In this document: positions 11,782 through 21,744 of the stretch, one piece after another
Layout of the letters: each line of letters starts with the position of its first letter
How positions within the stretch are numbered: the stretch's first letter is position 1
Assembly: GCA_963771735.1 (NCBI GenBank)
Contig: CAVYUN010000004.1
Span: forward strand, 81,454 to 145,453
Reading direction: 5' to 3'
Length of the DNA stretch: 64,000 nucleotides
From: an uncultured Pseudomonadota bacterium
GTDB lineage: Bacteria > Pseudomonadota > Gammaproteobacteria > Xanthomonadales > Rhodanobacteraceae
Made by a program: the position numbers and the translations under genes
The notes under the pieces: model-generated
Database searches by the model: none
Told to the model about the DNA's origin: nothing
What the model saw: only the letters and a program-made list of their open reading frames with translations

Positions 11782-13500
11782 TTGTGGCGCCATTTTAGCG
11801 CGTTTGCACCGATGCTCGCGGCTGCCGCGCTGATGGCCGGCTGCGCCCAGGTGCCCATGCACGGCACTTCGCGTGCGGCAAGCAGGCAACCGCTGGCGCG
11901 CCTGGCGTTGCCGACCGACAACGCGAACAGCCGGGTGTCGGCCCTGCTGATCGCCGCCGGGTTCGCCCTGCAGGACAACGATGTTGCCGGGGCCGCGGCG
12001 GATTATGCGAAGGCTGCGCTGATATCGAACGATCCTGGCGTCGCGCAACGCGCGGTCCAGCTTGCGTTGATCGCGGATCGAACAGGCCTGACGCGGCGGT
12101 TGCTGGATCGCTGGCAGGCATTGGGCGCGAGTCCGCGCGACCTGGCTGCAGCGCGCGCGCAGCTTGCGATGCAGCATGGCGATCGCGCAGACGCCGAGCG
12201 GCAGTTCGGGATCCTGCTTGCGTCCGGCACCGCCGATGACTGGAAAACCTTTGCCGCGGCTTTGCTGGCCGCGCGCGACACGGCGCTGGCCGGCCATGTG
12301 CTGGAGGACCTGGCCAAGCCGGATCGCCTGCCTGCCGACGAAAACATCTGGGTGACGCTGAGCCAGCTGGGTGAGCATCTGGATCGCCACGCTTTCGCGC
12401 GCGAATTGGCCGATGCGGCCGTGCGCAGGTTCGATGGCGCGAACGCCATCGCCTGGGCGGCCAGCCTGCGCGCGAGCATGGGCGACCGCGCGGGCGCGAC
12501 GGTGTTGTATGCGAAAGGCGTGGCCGCGCATCCGTATAGCGTCGATTTGCGCCTGGGTTACGCCGCGCTCTTGGGTCATGCCGGTAACTACGCGAAGGCG
12601 CTGGCGGTGCTGTCGCGCGGTCCGCAAACGACGGCGACCTGGTCGGCGCGCGTGGCGGTCGCCGCCAGCGCAAGGGATCAGGGCGCGCTCCGCCGGATTT
12701 ACGCCGACTTGCAGCACGTGCCGGAGGCGCAGCGCGTCGACAATGCGTTCGTGCTCGGCCAGCTCGCGGAATTGCTGCACCGTGATCAGGAGGCCCTGGC
12801 CTGGTACGGCAAGGTCGATCCGGACAGCCGCCATGGTTTCGACGCGCAGTTGCGCCGCGCGGTGCTGTTCGACAAGACCGGAGAATCCGCCCAGGCGCAC
12901 GCGCTGGCCGCGCAGCTCCAGCAGGATTACGCCGACGATGCCGACAATCTGCGCACCGCCTACGAACTCGATGCGCAGCTGTATGCGCAGCACGGCGAGC
13001 ATGCCAGCGCCATCGCGGCCTACGACCGCGGACTCGAGGCGCTGCCGGGTGATCCGGTGTTGATCTACGACCGTGGCATCGAGGAAGCCGACGCGGGCGA
13101 TACCGACGCCGCCCTGGGCGATTTCCGCAAGGTGCTGGCGCTGAATCCCGGCAACATCGAGGCCATGAACGCGCTGGGCTTCACGCTGGCCGATGCCGAC
13201 CGCGACCTGCCCGAAGCGACCCGGCTGCTCAGCAAGGCGCTTTCGGCCAAGCCCGACACCGCCGCGATCATGGATTCCTGGGGCTGGCTGCAATACCGGC
13301 TCGGCAATCTCGCGCAGGCCGAGTCGTATCTGAAGCGTGCCTGGAGCCAACAGCACGATCCGGATATCGGCGTGCATCTCGGAGAGGTACTTTGGAAGCT
13401 CGGTCAACACGAAAGCGCCCGCGAACTGTTTGCCAGGGTGCGCAGGCTCGATCCGCACAACCCGGCATTGCAGGGCGCCGAGCGCAGATTGCATCCATGA
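11782..13500 (+). CDS. TPR-repeat lipoprotein upstream of lolB (start uncertain: TTG 11782, GTG 11734/11743 or ATG 11812)
   Basis: Lipobox LMAGC near the N-terminus, then long TPR-like repeats. Only the C-terminal ~570 aa of the 1033-aa ORF are real; the rest is antisense to prfA/hemA. Confidence 0.75.
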   Translation: MWRHFSAFAPMLAAAALMAGCAQVPMHGTSRAASRQPLARLALPTDNANSRVSALLIAAGFALQDNDVAGAAADYAKAALISNDPGVAQRAVQLALIADRTGLTRRLLDRWQALGASPRDLAAARAQLAMQHGDRADAERQFGILLASGTADDWKTFAAALLAARDTALAGHVLEDLAKPDRLPADENIWVTLSQLGEHLDRHAFARELADAAVRRFDGANAIAWAASLRASMGDRAGATVLYAKGVAAHPYSVDLRLGYAALLGHAGNYAKALAVLSRGPQTTATWSARVAVAASARDQGALRRIYADLQHVPEAQRVDNAFVLGQLAELLHRDQEALAWYGKVDPDSRHGFDAQLRRAVLFDKTGESAQAHALAAQLQQDYADDADNLRTAYELDAQLYAQHGEHASAIAAYDRGLEALPGDPVLIYDRGIEEADAGDTDAALGDFRKVLALNPGNIEAMNALGFTLADADRDLPEATRLLSKALSAKPDTAAIMDSWGWLQYRLGNLAQAESYLKRAWSQQHDPDIGVHLGEVLWKLGQHESARELFARVRRLDPHNPALQGAERRLHP

Positions 13501-14120
13501 AGCGGCTGCCGGTGCTGGCTGCAGCAATGCTTGCGGGCGCGATGCTTGCCGCGTGCGCGCCGGTCGCGGTGCGCAAACCCGGCACCGCCAAGCAGCTTGC
13601 GGCACAGGCCGCACGCGAGCACCTGCTGGGAGCTCAAGCCGACTGGGGTCTCGACGGCCGGTTTGCGGCATCCGACGGCCGGCATGGCGGGAGCGGCAGC
13701 CTGAGCTGGCGGCAGGATGGCCAGCACTATCATTTCACCTTGCGCGCGCCGATCACGGGCAAGAGCGTGCAATTGGACGGCGGCCCGGACGGCGCCATCC
13801 TGAGCGGCGTCGGCAAGCAACCGCTGGCCGGCCGCAGCGCAGGGCAGGTGCTGAACGAGGAATTCGGCTGGGACGTGCCGGTGACCGAGCTTGCCTGGTG
13901 GGTGCGTGGCCTGCGCGCCCCCGGCCGCGCCGCGATCCTCACGTTCGGGGCCAACGGCCTGCCGGCGACGCTGGACCAGGATGGCTGGCACGTCGACTAC
14001 CGCGACTGGTACGCCGAACGCAATCCGCCGCTGCCGCGCAAGGTTTACGCCAGCCGCGATCCTTATACGGTGAGGGTGTTGGTCGAGAACTGGCAAGCCC
14101 CGGCAGGTGGCGGCCACTGA
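13497..14120 (+). CDS. lolB: outer-membrane lipoprotein LolB
   Basis: 207 aa. Signal plus lipobox MKRLPVLAAAMLAGAMLAAC. GRFAASDGRHGGSGSLSWRQDG...FTLRAPITGKS pattern. ATGA overlap with the TPR gene. Confidence 0.85.
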   Translation: MKRLPVLAAAMLAGAMLAACAPVAVRKPGTAKQLAAQAAREHLLGAQADWGLDGRFAASDGRHGGSGSLSWRQDGQHYHFTLRAPITGKSVQLDGGPDGAILSGVGKQPLAGRSAGQVLNEEFGWDVPVTELAWWVRGLRAPGRAAILTFGANGLPATLDQDGWHVDYRDWYAERNPPLPRKVYASRDPYTVRVLVENWQAPAGGGH

Positions 14121-14273
14121 GGCCGGCCGCGGCGGCCACGCGGCTACAACCGCCTGAATTGACACGAATTGCGGCGACCGCGACAATATGCGGCTTTTCG
14201 TCACACCGGGTTTGCGTCCGGGCGTGATCGCGGAAAAACGTCGACAACGAAAAAACGCGGCGCAGGAATGCGC

Positions 14274-14474
14274 CGACGCAGAGGCGCTTTGGTGCCAATG
14301 CGTAATGCGTGGCGTGGCTTGGCCGCGACCGCATTCATCGCGCCAGGCAGGATGCCCGTGAATGGCAAGATCGCGGCACACGGATGTGTCGACGCAGAGG
14401 CGCTCTGGCGCCGATGCGGAACACGTGGCGCAGCTTTGCCGCGACCGTGTTCATCGCGCCGGGCGGGAGCCCGG
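14274..14474 (+). repeat. two tandem ~85-nt structured repeat units, period 116 nt
   Basis: R1 14274-14358 and R2 14390-14474: cgacgcagaggcgct(t/c)tgg(t/c)gcc(a/g)atgcg...ccgcgacc...ttcatcgcgcc. Stems covary (aatgcg/cgcatt versus aacacg/cgtgtt). Confidence 0.8.
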
Positions 14475-14481
14475 GCGCGAT
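14453..14481 (+). other. GC-rich 12-bp hairpin ending 6 nt before tRNA-Gln
   Basis: atcgcgccgggc-ggga-gcccgggcgcgat (one bulged g). There is no downstream T-run. Confidence 0.6.
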
Positions 14482-14487
14482 CAAAGA

Positions 14488-14562
14488 TGGGGCGTCGCCA
14501 AGTGGTAAGGCACCGGGTTTTGATCCCGGCATTCGCAGGTTCGAATCCTGCCGCCCCAGCCA
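14488..14562 (+). tRNA. tRNA-Gln (anticodon UUG)
   Basis: tggggcgtcgccaagtggtaaggcaccgggttttgatcccggcattcgcaggttcgaatcctgccgccccagcca. Cloverleaf, TTG anticodon and encoded CCA; near-identical in layout to E. coli tRNA-Gln. Confidence 0.95.
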
Positions 14563-14591
14563 CGCCGGTATTGCGAAGGAAGGTTCCGGGC

Positions 14592-15551
14592 ATGCACAAC
14601 ACATCCAACCTGATGCTGTTTTCGGGCAATGCCAATCGCAAGCTGGCGGAGGACGTCGCGCACACGCTCGGCGTGCCGCTGGGCAAGGCGCTGGTCGGCA
14701 CCTTTTCCGACGGCGAGGTGCAGGTCGAGATCGACGAGAACGTCCGCAACCAGGACGTGTTCGTGATGCAGTCGACCTGCGCGCCGAGCGCGGAAAACCT
14801 GATGCAATTGCTGGTGCTGGTGGATGCGCTCAAGCGCGCCTCGGCTGCCAGCGTCACGGCGGTGATTCCGTACTTCGGTTACGCGCGCCAGGATCGCCGC
14901 CTGCGCGCGGCGCGGGTGCCGATCACGGCCAAGGTGGCCGCGCAGGTGATCGACGCGGTGGGTACCGACCGTGTGCTTACGGTGGATATCCATGCGGACC
15001 AGATCCAGGGTTTCTTCGACATCCCGCTGGACAACGTGTATGCCTCGCCGGTGCTGCTGGCCGACATCTGGCGCAAGCACGGCACCGAGGGCGTGACCGT
15101 GGTCAGCCCAGACGTCGGCGGCGTGGTGCGCGCGCGCGCCGTGGCCAAGCGCCTGGACGACGCCGACCTGGCGATCATCGACAAGCGCCGCCCGCGTCCG
15201 AACGAGGCCAGCGTGATGAACATCATCGGCGACGTCACCGGCAAGACTTGCGTGCTGGTCGATGACATCGTCGACACGGCAGGTACCTTGTGTGCGGCGT
15301 CGAAGGCGCTCAAGGACCGCGGTGCCAACGAAGTGGTCGCGTACTGCACCCACGCGGTGCTGTCCGGGCCGGCCGTGCGCAACATCGAACAATCGCAGAT
15401 GGACGAACTGGTGGTGACCGACACGATTCCGCTGAGCGAGGAAGGTGCGGCGTGCGGCAAGATCCGCCAGTTGTCGGTGGCGCAGTTGCTGGCCGAGACC
15501 GTGCGCCGGATGGCGTTCGGCGAATCGGTCAGTTCGTTGTACGTGGACTAG
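14592..15551 (+). CDS. prs: ribose-phosphate pyrophosphokinase
   Basis: 319 aa from the ATG at 14592. [39 protein letters not shown]. Confidence 0.97.
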   Translation: MHNTSNLMLFSGNANRKLAEDVAHTLGVPLGKALVGTFSDGEVQVEIDENVRNQDVFVMQSTCAPSAENLMQLLVLVDALKRASAASVTAVIPYFGYARQDRRLRAARVPITAKVAAQVIDAVGTDRVLTVDIHADQIQGFFDIPLDNVYASPVLLADIWRKHGTEGVTVVSPDVGGVVRARAVAKRLDDADLAIIDKRRPRPNEASVMNIIGDVTGKTCVLVDDIVDTAGTLCAASKALKDRGANEVVAYCTHAVLSGPAVRNIEQSQMDELVVTDTIPLSEEGAACGKIRQLSVAQLLAETVRRMAFGESVSSLYVD

Positions 15552-15561
15552 CTTCAGTATG

Positions 15562-15597
15562 CGCGCGCGGCGGACCGCCGCGCGCGTGCAGTGTTTC
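15562..15597 (+). terminator. putative prs terminator hairpin
   Basis: cgcgcgcggcg-gac-cgccgcgcgcg (11-bp GC stem) followed by tgcagtgtttc. The T-tract is weak. Confidence 0.5.
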
Positions 15598-15714
15598 ACG
15601 GACGCCGGACACCGGCTTCCGCGCCGGCTCCGGCCGGCACTCCAACTTCCCTGGTCGCGGGGAAGTTTCCAAGTCACCGCGAGGTGACGTCATGCAAACC
15701 GAGGTAACAAGCAA

Positions 15715-16437
15715 ATGGCAACCATCCATGAAATCACGGCCGAACGCCGTACCGACCAGGGCAAAGGTGCGAGCCGCCGCCTGCGTCGTGCCGGCAAGGT
15801 TCCGGCCGTCGTCTACGGCGCGGGCCAGGCCGCAGAAAGCATCCAGTTCGACCACCAGGCGCTGTCGCTGGACGCACGCAACGACTGGTTCGCGTCGTCG
15901 ATTCTCGATCTGCTGGTAGACGGCAATCGCCAGAAGGTGCTGCTGCGCGATGTGCAGAAGCATCCGGTCAAGCCGCAACTGCTGCATCTGGACTTCCTGC
16001 GCATCGACGAGGCCAAGCCGATCCGCGTGTACGTGTCGATCCGGTTCATGAACCAGGACAAGTCGCCGGCGGCCAAGGCCTCGGGCGTGGTGATCTCGCA
16101 CAACCAGACCGAAGTCGAAGTGTCGTGCCTGCCGAAAGACCTGCCCGAACACATCGACCTCGACCTTTCGGAGCTGGATCTCGGCGACGTGATCCACATG
16201 TCCGACCTGAAGCTTCCCGCGGGCGTGGAAATTCCCGAACTCAAGCTGGGCAGGGAATACGACCATACCGTCGTGTCCGCGCAGGCGGTGCGCGAAGAAG
16301 TCGAGGAAGTGCCGGTCGAAGCCGAGGGCGCCGAAGGCGCGGCGGCCGAAGGCGCGGCTGCGCCGGCGGCTACCGGGGCCGATGCCGCCAAGGGCGCGGC
16401 ACCGGCTGCCGAAAAGAAACCGGCCGAGAAGAAGTAA
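15715..16437 (+). CDS. rplY: 50S ribosomal protein L25 / general stress protein Ctc (long form)
   Basis: 240 aa. GKGASRRLRRAGKVPAVVYG, with an acidic/Ala-rich C-terminal tail. Confidence 0.95.
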   Translation: MATIHEITAERRTDQGKGASRRLRRAGKVPAVVYGAGQAAESIQFDHQALSLDARNDWFASSILDLLVDGNRQKVLLRDVQKHPVKPQLLHLDFLRIDEAKPIRVYVSIRFMNQDKSPAAKASGVVISHNQTEVEVSCLPKDLPEHIDLDLSELDLGDVIHMSDLKLPAGVEIPELKLGREYDHTVVSAQAVREEVEEVPVEAEGAEGAAAEGAAAPAATGADAAKGAAPAAEKKPAEKK

Positions 16438-16469
16438 GTCTGCGTGCAGGCACCCCTTGCTCGTCATTC

Positions 16470-16504
16470 GGGCTCCGTTTCCGGTTGCTTCGGAAACGGA
16501 GCCC
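16470..16504 (+). terminator. perfect 14-bp hairpin after rplY (no T-run)
   Basis: gggctccgtttccg-gttgctt-cggaaacggagccc, 33 nt after the rplY stop. Confidence 0.4.
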
Positions 16505-16683
16505 TGAACCAAGTGGCTTTGATCCGGATACATTCAGTCGAAGTCACTGGGTTGCGCGCTGCTCCTGCGGCGCGCCTCTCAGGCCAACGGCTTTGCCGTT
16601 GTTCGCTTCGGCATCCTGCCCCCGCAGTTCCGCTTGCGCGGGAATGACGGGGGTTCCGTACACGCGCTCGATCGCCTTCAGCC

Positions 16684-17271
16684 ATGTCTGGCATCCGACT
16701 CATCGCCGGCCTCGGCAATCCCGGGGTCGAATACTTGCGCAACCGTCACAACGCCGGTTTCTGGTTCATTGATGCGCTGGCGTCCGGTGCGGGCGCGCGG
16801 TTCGGTTTCGAAAACCGCCTGCACGCGGAGGCTTGTCGCGTGCCGATTGGTGGTGACGACGTGTGGTTGATCAAGCCCGATACCTTCATGAACGAGAGTG
16901 GCCGCGCAGTGGTGGCGGCACTGAACTACTGGAAGTTGCTGCCCGGGGAATTGCTGGTGGTGCACGACGACCTGGACTTGCCGCCCGGCAGCGCGCGCCT
17001 GAAGTTCGACGGTGGCCACGGCGGCCAGAACGGTCTTCGCGACATCATGGCGCATCTGGGAAACGGCAAGTTCCATCGGCTGCGCATCGGCATCGGTCAT
17101 CCGGGTGATCGCAACCGGGTCACGCCATGGGTGCTGGGCAATCCGTCGGCGCTCGATGAAAACCTGATGATGGACGCGATCGCGCGCGCGCTGGGCGTGT
17201 TGCCACTGGTGGTGGCGGGCGAGTTCAACGAAGCGACGAAACGCCTGAACACGCCACCCAATACCGCCTGA
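16684..17271 (+). CDS. pth: peptidyl-tRNA hydrolase
   Basis: 195 aa. LIAGLGNPG..Y..TRHNAGF, FMNESG, GHGGQNGLRDI. Confidence 0.97.
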   Translation: MSGIRLIAGLGNPGVEYLRNRHNAGFWFIDALASGAGARFGFENRLHAEACRVPIGGDDVWLIKPDTFMNESGRAVVAALNYWKLLPGELLVVHDDLDLPPGSARLKFDGGHGGQNGLRDIMAHLGNGKFHRLRIGIGHPGDRNRVTPWVLGNPSALDENLMMDAIARALGVLPLVVAGEFNEATKRLNTPPNTA

Positions 17272-17325
17272 AATTTTGGTCAGTCATCCCGGCTCGCCGC
17301 GGAATGACAGCAAGGAGATTCGCGA

Positions 17326-18417
17326 ATGGCAATCCAGTGCGGCATCGTTGGCCTGCCCAATGTCGGCAAGTCCACGCTTTTCAACGCGCTGACCAAGGCC
17401 GGCATCGCCGCGGCGAATTTTCCGTTTTGCACCATCGACCCGAACGTCGGCGTGGTGCCGGTGCCCGATCCGCGCCTGCAGCGACTCGCGGACATCGCGC
17501 ATCCACAAAAGATCATTCCGGCCGCGGTCGAATTCGTGGACATCGCGGGATTGGTTGCGGGTGCTTCGAAAGGCGAGGGACTCGGCAACCAGTTCCTGGC
17601 GCACATCCGCGAGGTCGACGCGATCGCGCACGTGGTGCGTTGCTTCGAGCATCCCGACATCGTGCACGTCGCGGGCAAGATCGACCCGGTCGCCGACATC
17701 GAAACCATCGACACCGAGCTGGCGCTGGCCGACCTCGAATCGGTGGACAAGGCGCTGGCGCGGGTCGAACGCGCGGCCAAGGCCAACGACAAGGGGGCCA
17801 TGGCTAGGCGACCGGTGCTGGAGAAATTGCGCGCGGCCTTGAACGAAGGCAGGGCGGCCCGTGCGGTCCAACTGGACGACGAGGAACGCGCGGCGATCCG
17901 CGACCTGTTCCTGCTCACGATGAAGCCGCTGATGTACGTCGCCAACGTGCGCGAGGACGGGTTCGAGAACAATCCGTACCTGGATGCGGTGCGCAAGCGC
18001 GCCGAATCCGAGGGCGCGGTGGTGGTGCCGGTGTGCGCGGCGATCGAGGAAGAGCTGGCGCAACTGGACGAGGCCGATCGCGGCGAATTCCTGGCCTCGA
18101 TGGGCTTGAGTGAACCCGGTCTCGACCGCGTGATCCGTGCGGCCTACACGCTGCTCGGCCTGCAAACCTATTTCACCGCGGGCGAGAAGGAAGTGCGCGC
18201 GTGGACGGTCAAGCGCGGCGCCACCGCACCGCAGGCGGCGGGCGTGATCCACACCGATTTCGAAAAGGGCTTCATCCGCGCCGAAACCGTGTCGTTCGAC
18301 GATTACGTGAAATACAAGGGTGAATCCGGCGCCCGCGACGCCGGGCGCCTGCGTACCGAGGGCAAGACCTACGTCGTCCAGGAAGGCGACGTCCTGCATT
18401 TCCTGTTCAACGTCTGA
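17326..18417 (+). CDS. ychF: redox-regulated ATPase YchF
   Basis: 363 aa. [29 protein letters not shown]-terminal [14 protein letters not shown]. Confidence 0.97.
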   Translation: MAIQCGIVGLPNVGKSTLFNALTKAGIAAANFPFCTIDPNVGVVPVPDPRLQRLADIAHPQKIIPAAVEFVDIAGLVAGASKGEGLGNQFLAHIREVDAIAHVVRCFEHPDIVHVAGKIDPVADIETIDTELALADLESVDKALARVERAAKANDKGAMARRPVLEKLRAALNEGRAARAVQLDDEERAAIRDLFLLTMKPLMYVANVREDGFENNPYLDAVRKRAESEGAVVVPVCAAIEEELAQLDEADRGEFLASMGLSEPGLDRVIRAAYTLLGLQTYFTAGEKEVRAWTVKRGATAPQAAGVIHTDFEKGFIRAETVSFDDYVKYKGESGARDAGRLRTEGKTYVVQEGDVLHFLFNV

Positions 18418-18418
18418 T

Positions 18419-18440
18419 TTGCGCGATCGTTCCTGATCGC
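18419..18440. repeat. hairpin-1-only copy of the r-protein-spacer repeat family
   Basis: tttgc-gcgatcgttcctgatcgc in the 41-nt convergent gap between ychF and the TonB receptor. Compare 36165-36186. Confidence 0.6.
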
Positions 18441-18458
18441 CGCGCCGGGAGTACCGGC

Positions 18459-21400
18459 CTACCCGCCGTGCTTGCCGCCCAGCTTCACGCTCAGGTCCAC
18501 GAAATACGCGCGACCGACCGGGCTGAACCAATTGCGCGAGTAATACGGATAGCTGGTCCAGGTGCTGTCGTGCGGTGGCCGCGCGTCGAACAGGTTGTCC
18601 ACGACCAGCGAGACATTCACGGTTGGAGCCACCCGGTAACCCATGGTCAGGTTGTACAGGAAAGTCGGGCCAAGGCGCTGGGTGCCGTCGTAGTTGGGGA
18701 TGCCGCCGAGGCGTGAGCCGAACAACGTCGCGGTGAAGTCGTGGTAATTCCATGTCACCGACGCATTGGCCTTGGTGCGCGGGATCAGGTAGTAGTAGAT
18801 GTCGGTCATCTCGTTGTCGACCGGCGAGTTGGCGCTCAGTTGCGTGGTGTGCCTGATCACGTAGGTGGCACCCAGATTGAAGTCGAGGCTGCCCGCCCGC
18901 GTCGTGTTCAGGCGATAGTGCGCGTTGAAATCCACGCCGGATGTCTGGTCGATGGCCGCATTGATGGGCAGTACCAGTACCGACGTAATCGCGTTCGGGT
19001 TATACAGTGCGTCGGGTGGGTTGCGCACCACCTGGCTCTCGACTTGCCGGCAGAAGGCGGAATTGCCGTCCACCGGCGTGCCGTCGAGTGTCGAACCCAA
19101 ACGGCAATCGGCTTCCTCGCGCAGCACCGTATCGCTGTCCTGATACTCGACTTCGTTGTTGATCTTGATGCGGTAGTAATCTGCATTGATGTCGAAATTA
19201 GGTGTTGGCGCGTAGACGAAGCCGTAGGTGAGCGATTTGCTCGTTTCGTCCTGCAATGACGTGCTGCCGTGACTGCGGCCGTTGTAGCTGACGTCGCCAT
19301 AGTCGCAGTTGTCATAGAAATCCGGGCCGGTGTCGGGTTCCAGCACCCGGCACTGGTAGTAGTCGGTGCCATCGGAGCTGGACCCGCTCAATCCGGCATA
19401 CAGATAGGAAAGATCGGGCGCACGGAAACCGGTGGACAGCGAGCCACGCAGCAGCAGGCTGCGGAATGGACGGTATTCGAAACCGAGCGCGTAGGTGAAC
19501 TTGCCGGCATCGGTGTCGCCGTAGCTGTAACGGTCGTAGCGGCCCGCCGTGGTGACCGTGAGTTGCGAGAACACCGGAACGCTGAACTCGTAGCCGACCG
19601 CGGAATGGTCGCGCGAGCCCACCGCATCGGTGTTGTGCAGCCCGTAGTAGGAGCCATCGAGGGACAGCGGATCGGCTTTCAGGCCGAAGTACGAATTGCC
19701 GTACTCGACGATGCCGGCGAAACCTACGGGACCGGCGGGCAGCTTGAACAGGTTGGTGTTGGTGAGCGTGAACGACCAGTTCTCGGTACGACTCTTGTCG
19801 TGATCGATCGAATCCTGGGTGATGGAACGGAACTGCGCCACCGTCAGCGGCGTATACAGTCGGCTGGGCGGCGCGTAGTACATCTGGTAACCGCTGTCGG
19901 GATCGACGCCAAGCGAAGGTCCGAGATACAGCGCCTGCGCCTTGGCCGCCACCAGCGCGGGCCACTTCGATTCCAGCGTGTTCTGCGAATGTTCGAAATT
20001 GGCTTCGTAGTTCCAGTCGCTGTCGATGCCGAAGGTGCCCTTGATGCCGGTATTCAGCGACAGGGTGTTGTCGATGTTGCGGATTTCGCCGGGCTTGAAT
20101 CCGCCGTTTTCCTCGATCGTGAAATAGTTGCGCCCCCACTCCTCGATCTGGCCGGTGGCGGTGTTGTAGAACGGCGTGTCGGTGCAATCGCCGTTCAGCG
20201 GTTCGCAGTTGTACCACTCCAGCGGCGTGTTGTAGCTGTCCTGGTGCGAGGTACCGGCCAGCACGTCGACGTAAAGATCGGTGTAGCCGTTGAGATGGTA
20301 GGTAGCGGTTCCGAAGAAGTTGGCCATCCTGCGACCGTTTTCCAGAGTGCCGTAACCGACGTCCGAGTAGCTGCCGCAGTAATAGCCCGGGACGTAGGAA
20401 TCGGTGGCCGGGTCGTAACCGTAGTCGGGGCGGGAGGCATAGCGGATCGTGCCGTGGTCGAGATAGGACAACTTGTCGCAGGTGGCCTTGCCGGGATCGA
20501 GGTAATTCCCGTCCACGTCGGTGCGCAGGAAATTGCGGCTGGGGATGATGTCCGACGGATCGGCGGGGCTGTCGAGCCGCGAATCGGTGAAGCTGCGCTG
20601 GTAGGCCCACAGCGGTTTCTGGTCGACCAGTTCGAGTCCGAACGCGGTATCGAGCTTGCCTTTCGAGAAGCCGCTGGTGATGTCGAGCCGTTGCGAACCG
20701 TAGCCGCCGTGTTCGGTGCCCCCGGCGCGATAGTCGATGGTGGTGCCGTCGACCTTTTTCTTCAGGATGAAGTTGATGACGCCGGACATCGCATCCGAGC
20801 CGTACACCGCCGATGCGCTGCCCGAGAGGATTTCGACGCGCTCGATCAGCGCGGTCGGGATATTGGAGATGTCGGTGAAATTGCTGTTGCCGCCGTAGGA
20901 CTGTGGGTAGTCTGCGATGCGCCGACCGTTCACCAGCACCAGCGTGTGGTTGGGGCCGAGGCCGCGCAGATCGACCGCCTGCGCGCCGGGCGAAAAGCCG
21001 TCGGTGTACTGGTTGTTGTCGAGCGCGCCGAGGTTCTGGGTCAGTGACGTCATCAGGTCGGGAACGTTGGCGAAACCGCGCCGCTGGATGTCCTGCGCGG
21101 TGATGGTGACCACTGGCGCTGGCCCCTCGATCTGGGTGCGCGGAATGCGCGAGCCGGTCACCACCACTTCCTGCAGGGTCTGCGGCGGCTGATCGCCGGA
21201 CGGATTCGGGGATGCTCCGGCAGCCGGCGTCGCCGGCTTCACGGGGTTCCTGACGATGACCACGGCACCGGATGCATCACGGCGGGCGCGATAGCCGGTT
21301 CCGGAGAGCAGTTCGGAAAGCGCCTGCTGCGCGGAGAGCCTGCCGTGCGCGCCACGTGTGCGCAGTCCGGCCAGCTGGTCGGCGCTGTAAACGAACTGCA

Positions 21401-21545
21401 GCCCGGTCTGACGGGCCAGCGTATCCAGGGCGGTGACGAGATTGCCCGCCGGGACATCGATCTCGGCCGCCGATTGCTGGGCGAACGCCAACGGCGGCGA
21501 CAGCAAGGCGAGCACCAGCAAGCAACGCAAGAACGACTTCAACAT
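18459..21545 (-). CDS. TonB-dependent outer-membrane transducer (FecA-like, N-terminal STN signalling domain)
   Basis: 1028 aa. Signal peptide; STN domain (LVTALDTLARQTGLQFVYSADQLAGLRTRGAHGRLSAQQALSELL); plug (VVVTGSRIP, FANVPDLM); beta-barrel ending in an aromatic-rich C-terminus. Confidence 0.93.
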   Translation of the reverse strand: MLKSFLRCLLVLALLSPPLAFAQQSAAEIDVPAGNLVTALDTLARQTGLQFVYSADQLAGLRTRGAHGRLSAQQALSELLSGTGYRARRDASGAVVIVRNPVKPATPAAGASPNPSGDQPPQTLQEVVVTGSRIPRTQIEGPAPVVTITAQDIQRRGFANVPDLMTSLTQNLGALDNNQYTDGFSPGAQAVDLRGLGPNHTLVLVNGRRIADYPQSYGGNSNFTDISNIPTALIERVEILSGSASAVYGSDAMSGVINFILKKKVDGTTIDYRAGGTEHGGYGSQRLDITSGFSKGKLDTAFGLELVDQKPLWAYQRSFTDSRLDSPADPSDIIPSRNFLRTDVDGNYLDPGKATCDKLSYLDHGTIRYASRPDYGYDPATDSYVPGYYCGSYSDVGYGTLENGRRMANFFGTATYHLNGYTDLYVDVLAGTSHQDSYNTPLEWYNCEPLNGDCTDTPFYNTATGQIEEWGRNYFTIEENGGFKPGEIRNIDNTLSLNTGIKGTFGIDSDWNYEANFEHSQNTLESKWPALVAAKAQALYLGPSLGVDPDSGYQMYYAPPSRLYTPLTVAQFRSITQDSIDHDKSRTENWSFTLTNTNLFKLPAGPVGFAGIVEYGNSYFGLKADPLSLDGSYYGLHNTDAVGSRDHSAVGYEFSVPVFSQLTVTTAGRYDRYSYGDTDAGKFTYALGFEYRPFRSLLLRGSLSTGFRAPDLSYLYAGLSGSSSDGTDYYQCRVLEPDTGPDFYDNCDYGDVSYNGRSHGSTSLQDETSKSLTYGFVYAPTPNFDINADYYRIKINNEVEYQDSDTVLREEADCRLGSTLDGTPVDGNSAFCRQVESQVVRNPPDALYNPNAITSVLVLPINAAIDQTSGVDFNAHYRLNTTRAGSLDFNLGATYVIRHTTQLSANSPVDNEMTDIYYYLIPRTKANASVTWNYHDFTATLFGSRLGGIPNYDGTQRLGPTFLYNLTMGYRVAPTVNVSLVVDNLFDARPPHDSTWTSYPYYSRNWFSPVGRAYFVDLSVKLGGKHGG

Positions 21546-21744
21546 GTTCCCCTCCCGGATGGCGCCATGCGCGTCTTTCGAAACTAGACGAACCAGCGCG
21601 ACCGATCCCCCGCTGCAAGCAGCGTGTCCGTCCGAATTCTTTTCCCCCTGCGTTTCGCCAAGAACCCAAAACTCCGGGAATCAGGCCCGCTTCATCGATT
21701 GGACGCGCGAGGATCGCGGTGTCACGGGTGAGCAGCTGAAGTCC

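Noticed and set aside
14274-14474. The tandem repeats upstream of tRNA-Gln, considered as a mini CRISPR array or degenerate tRNA genes.
   Set aside because: There are only two units, no short conserved repeat with unique spacers, no cas genes, and no cloverleaf or anticodon-arm features.
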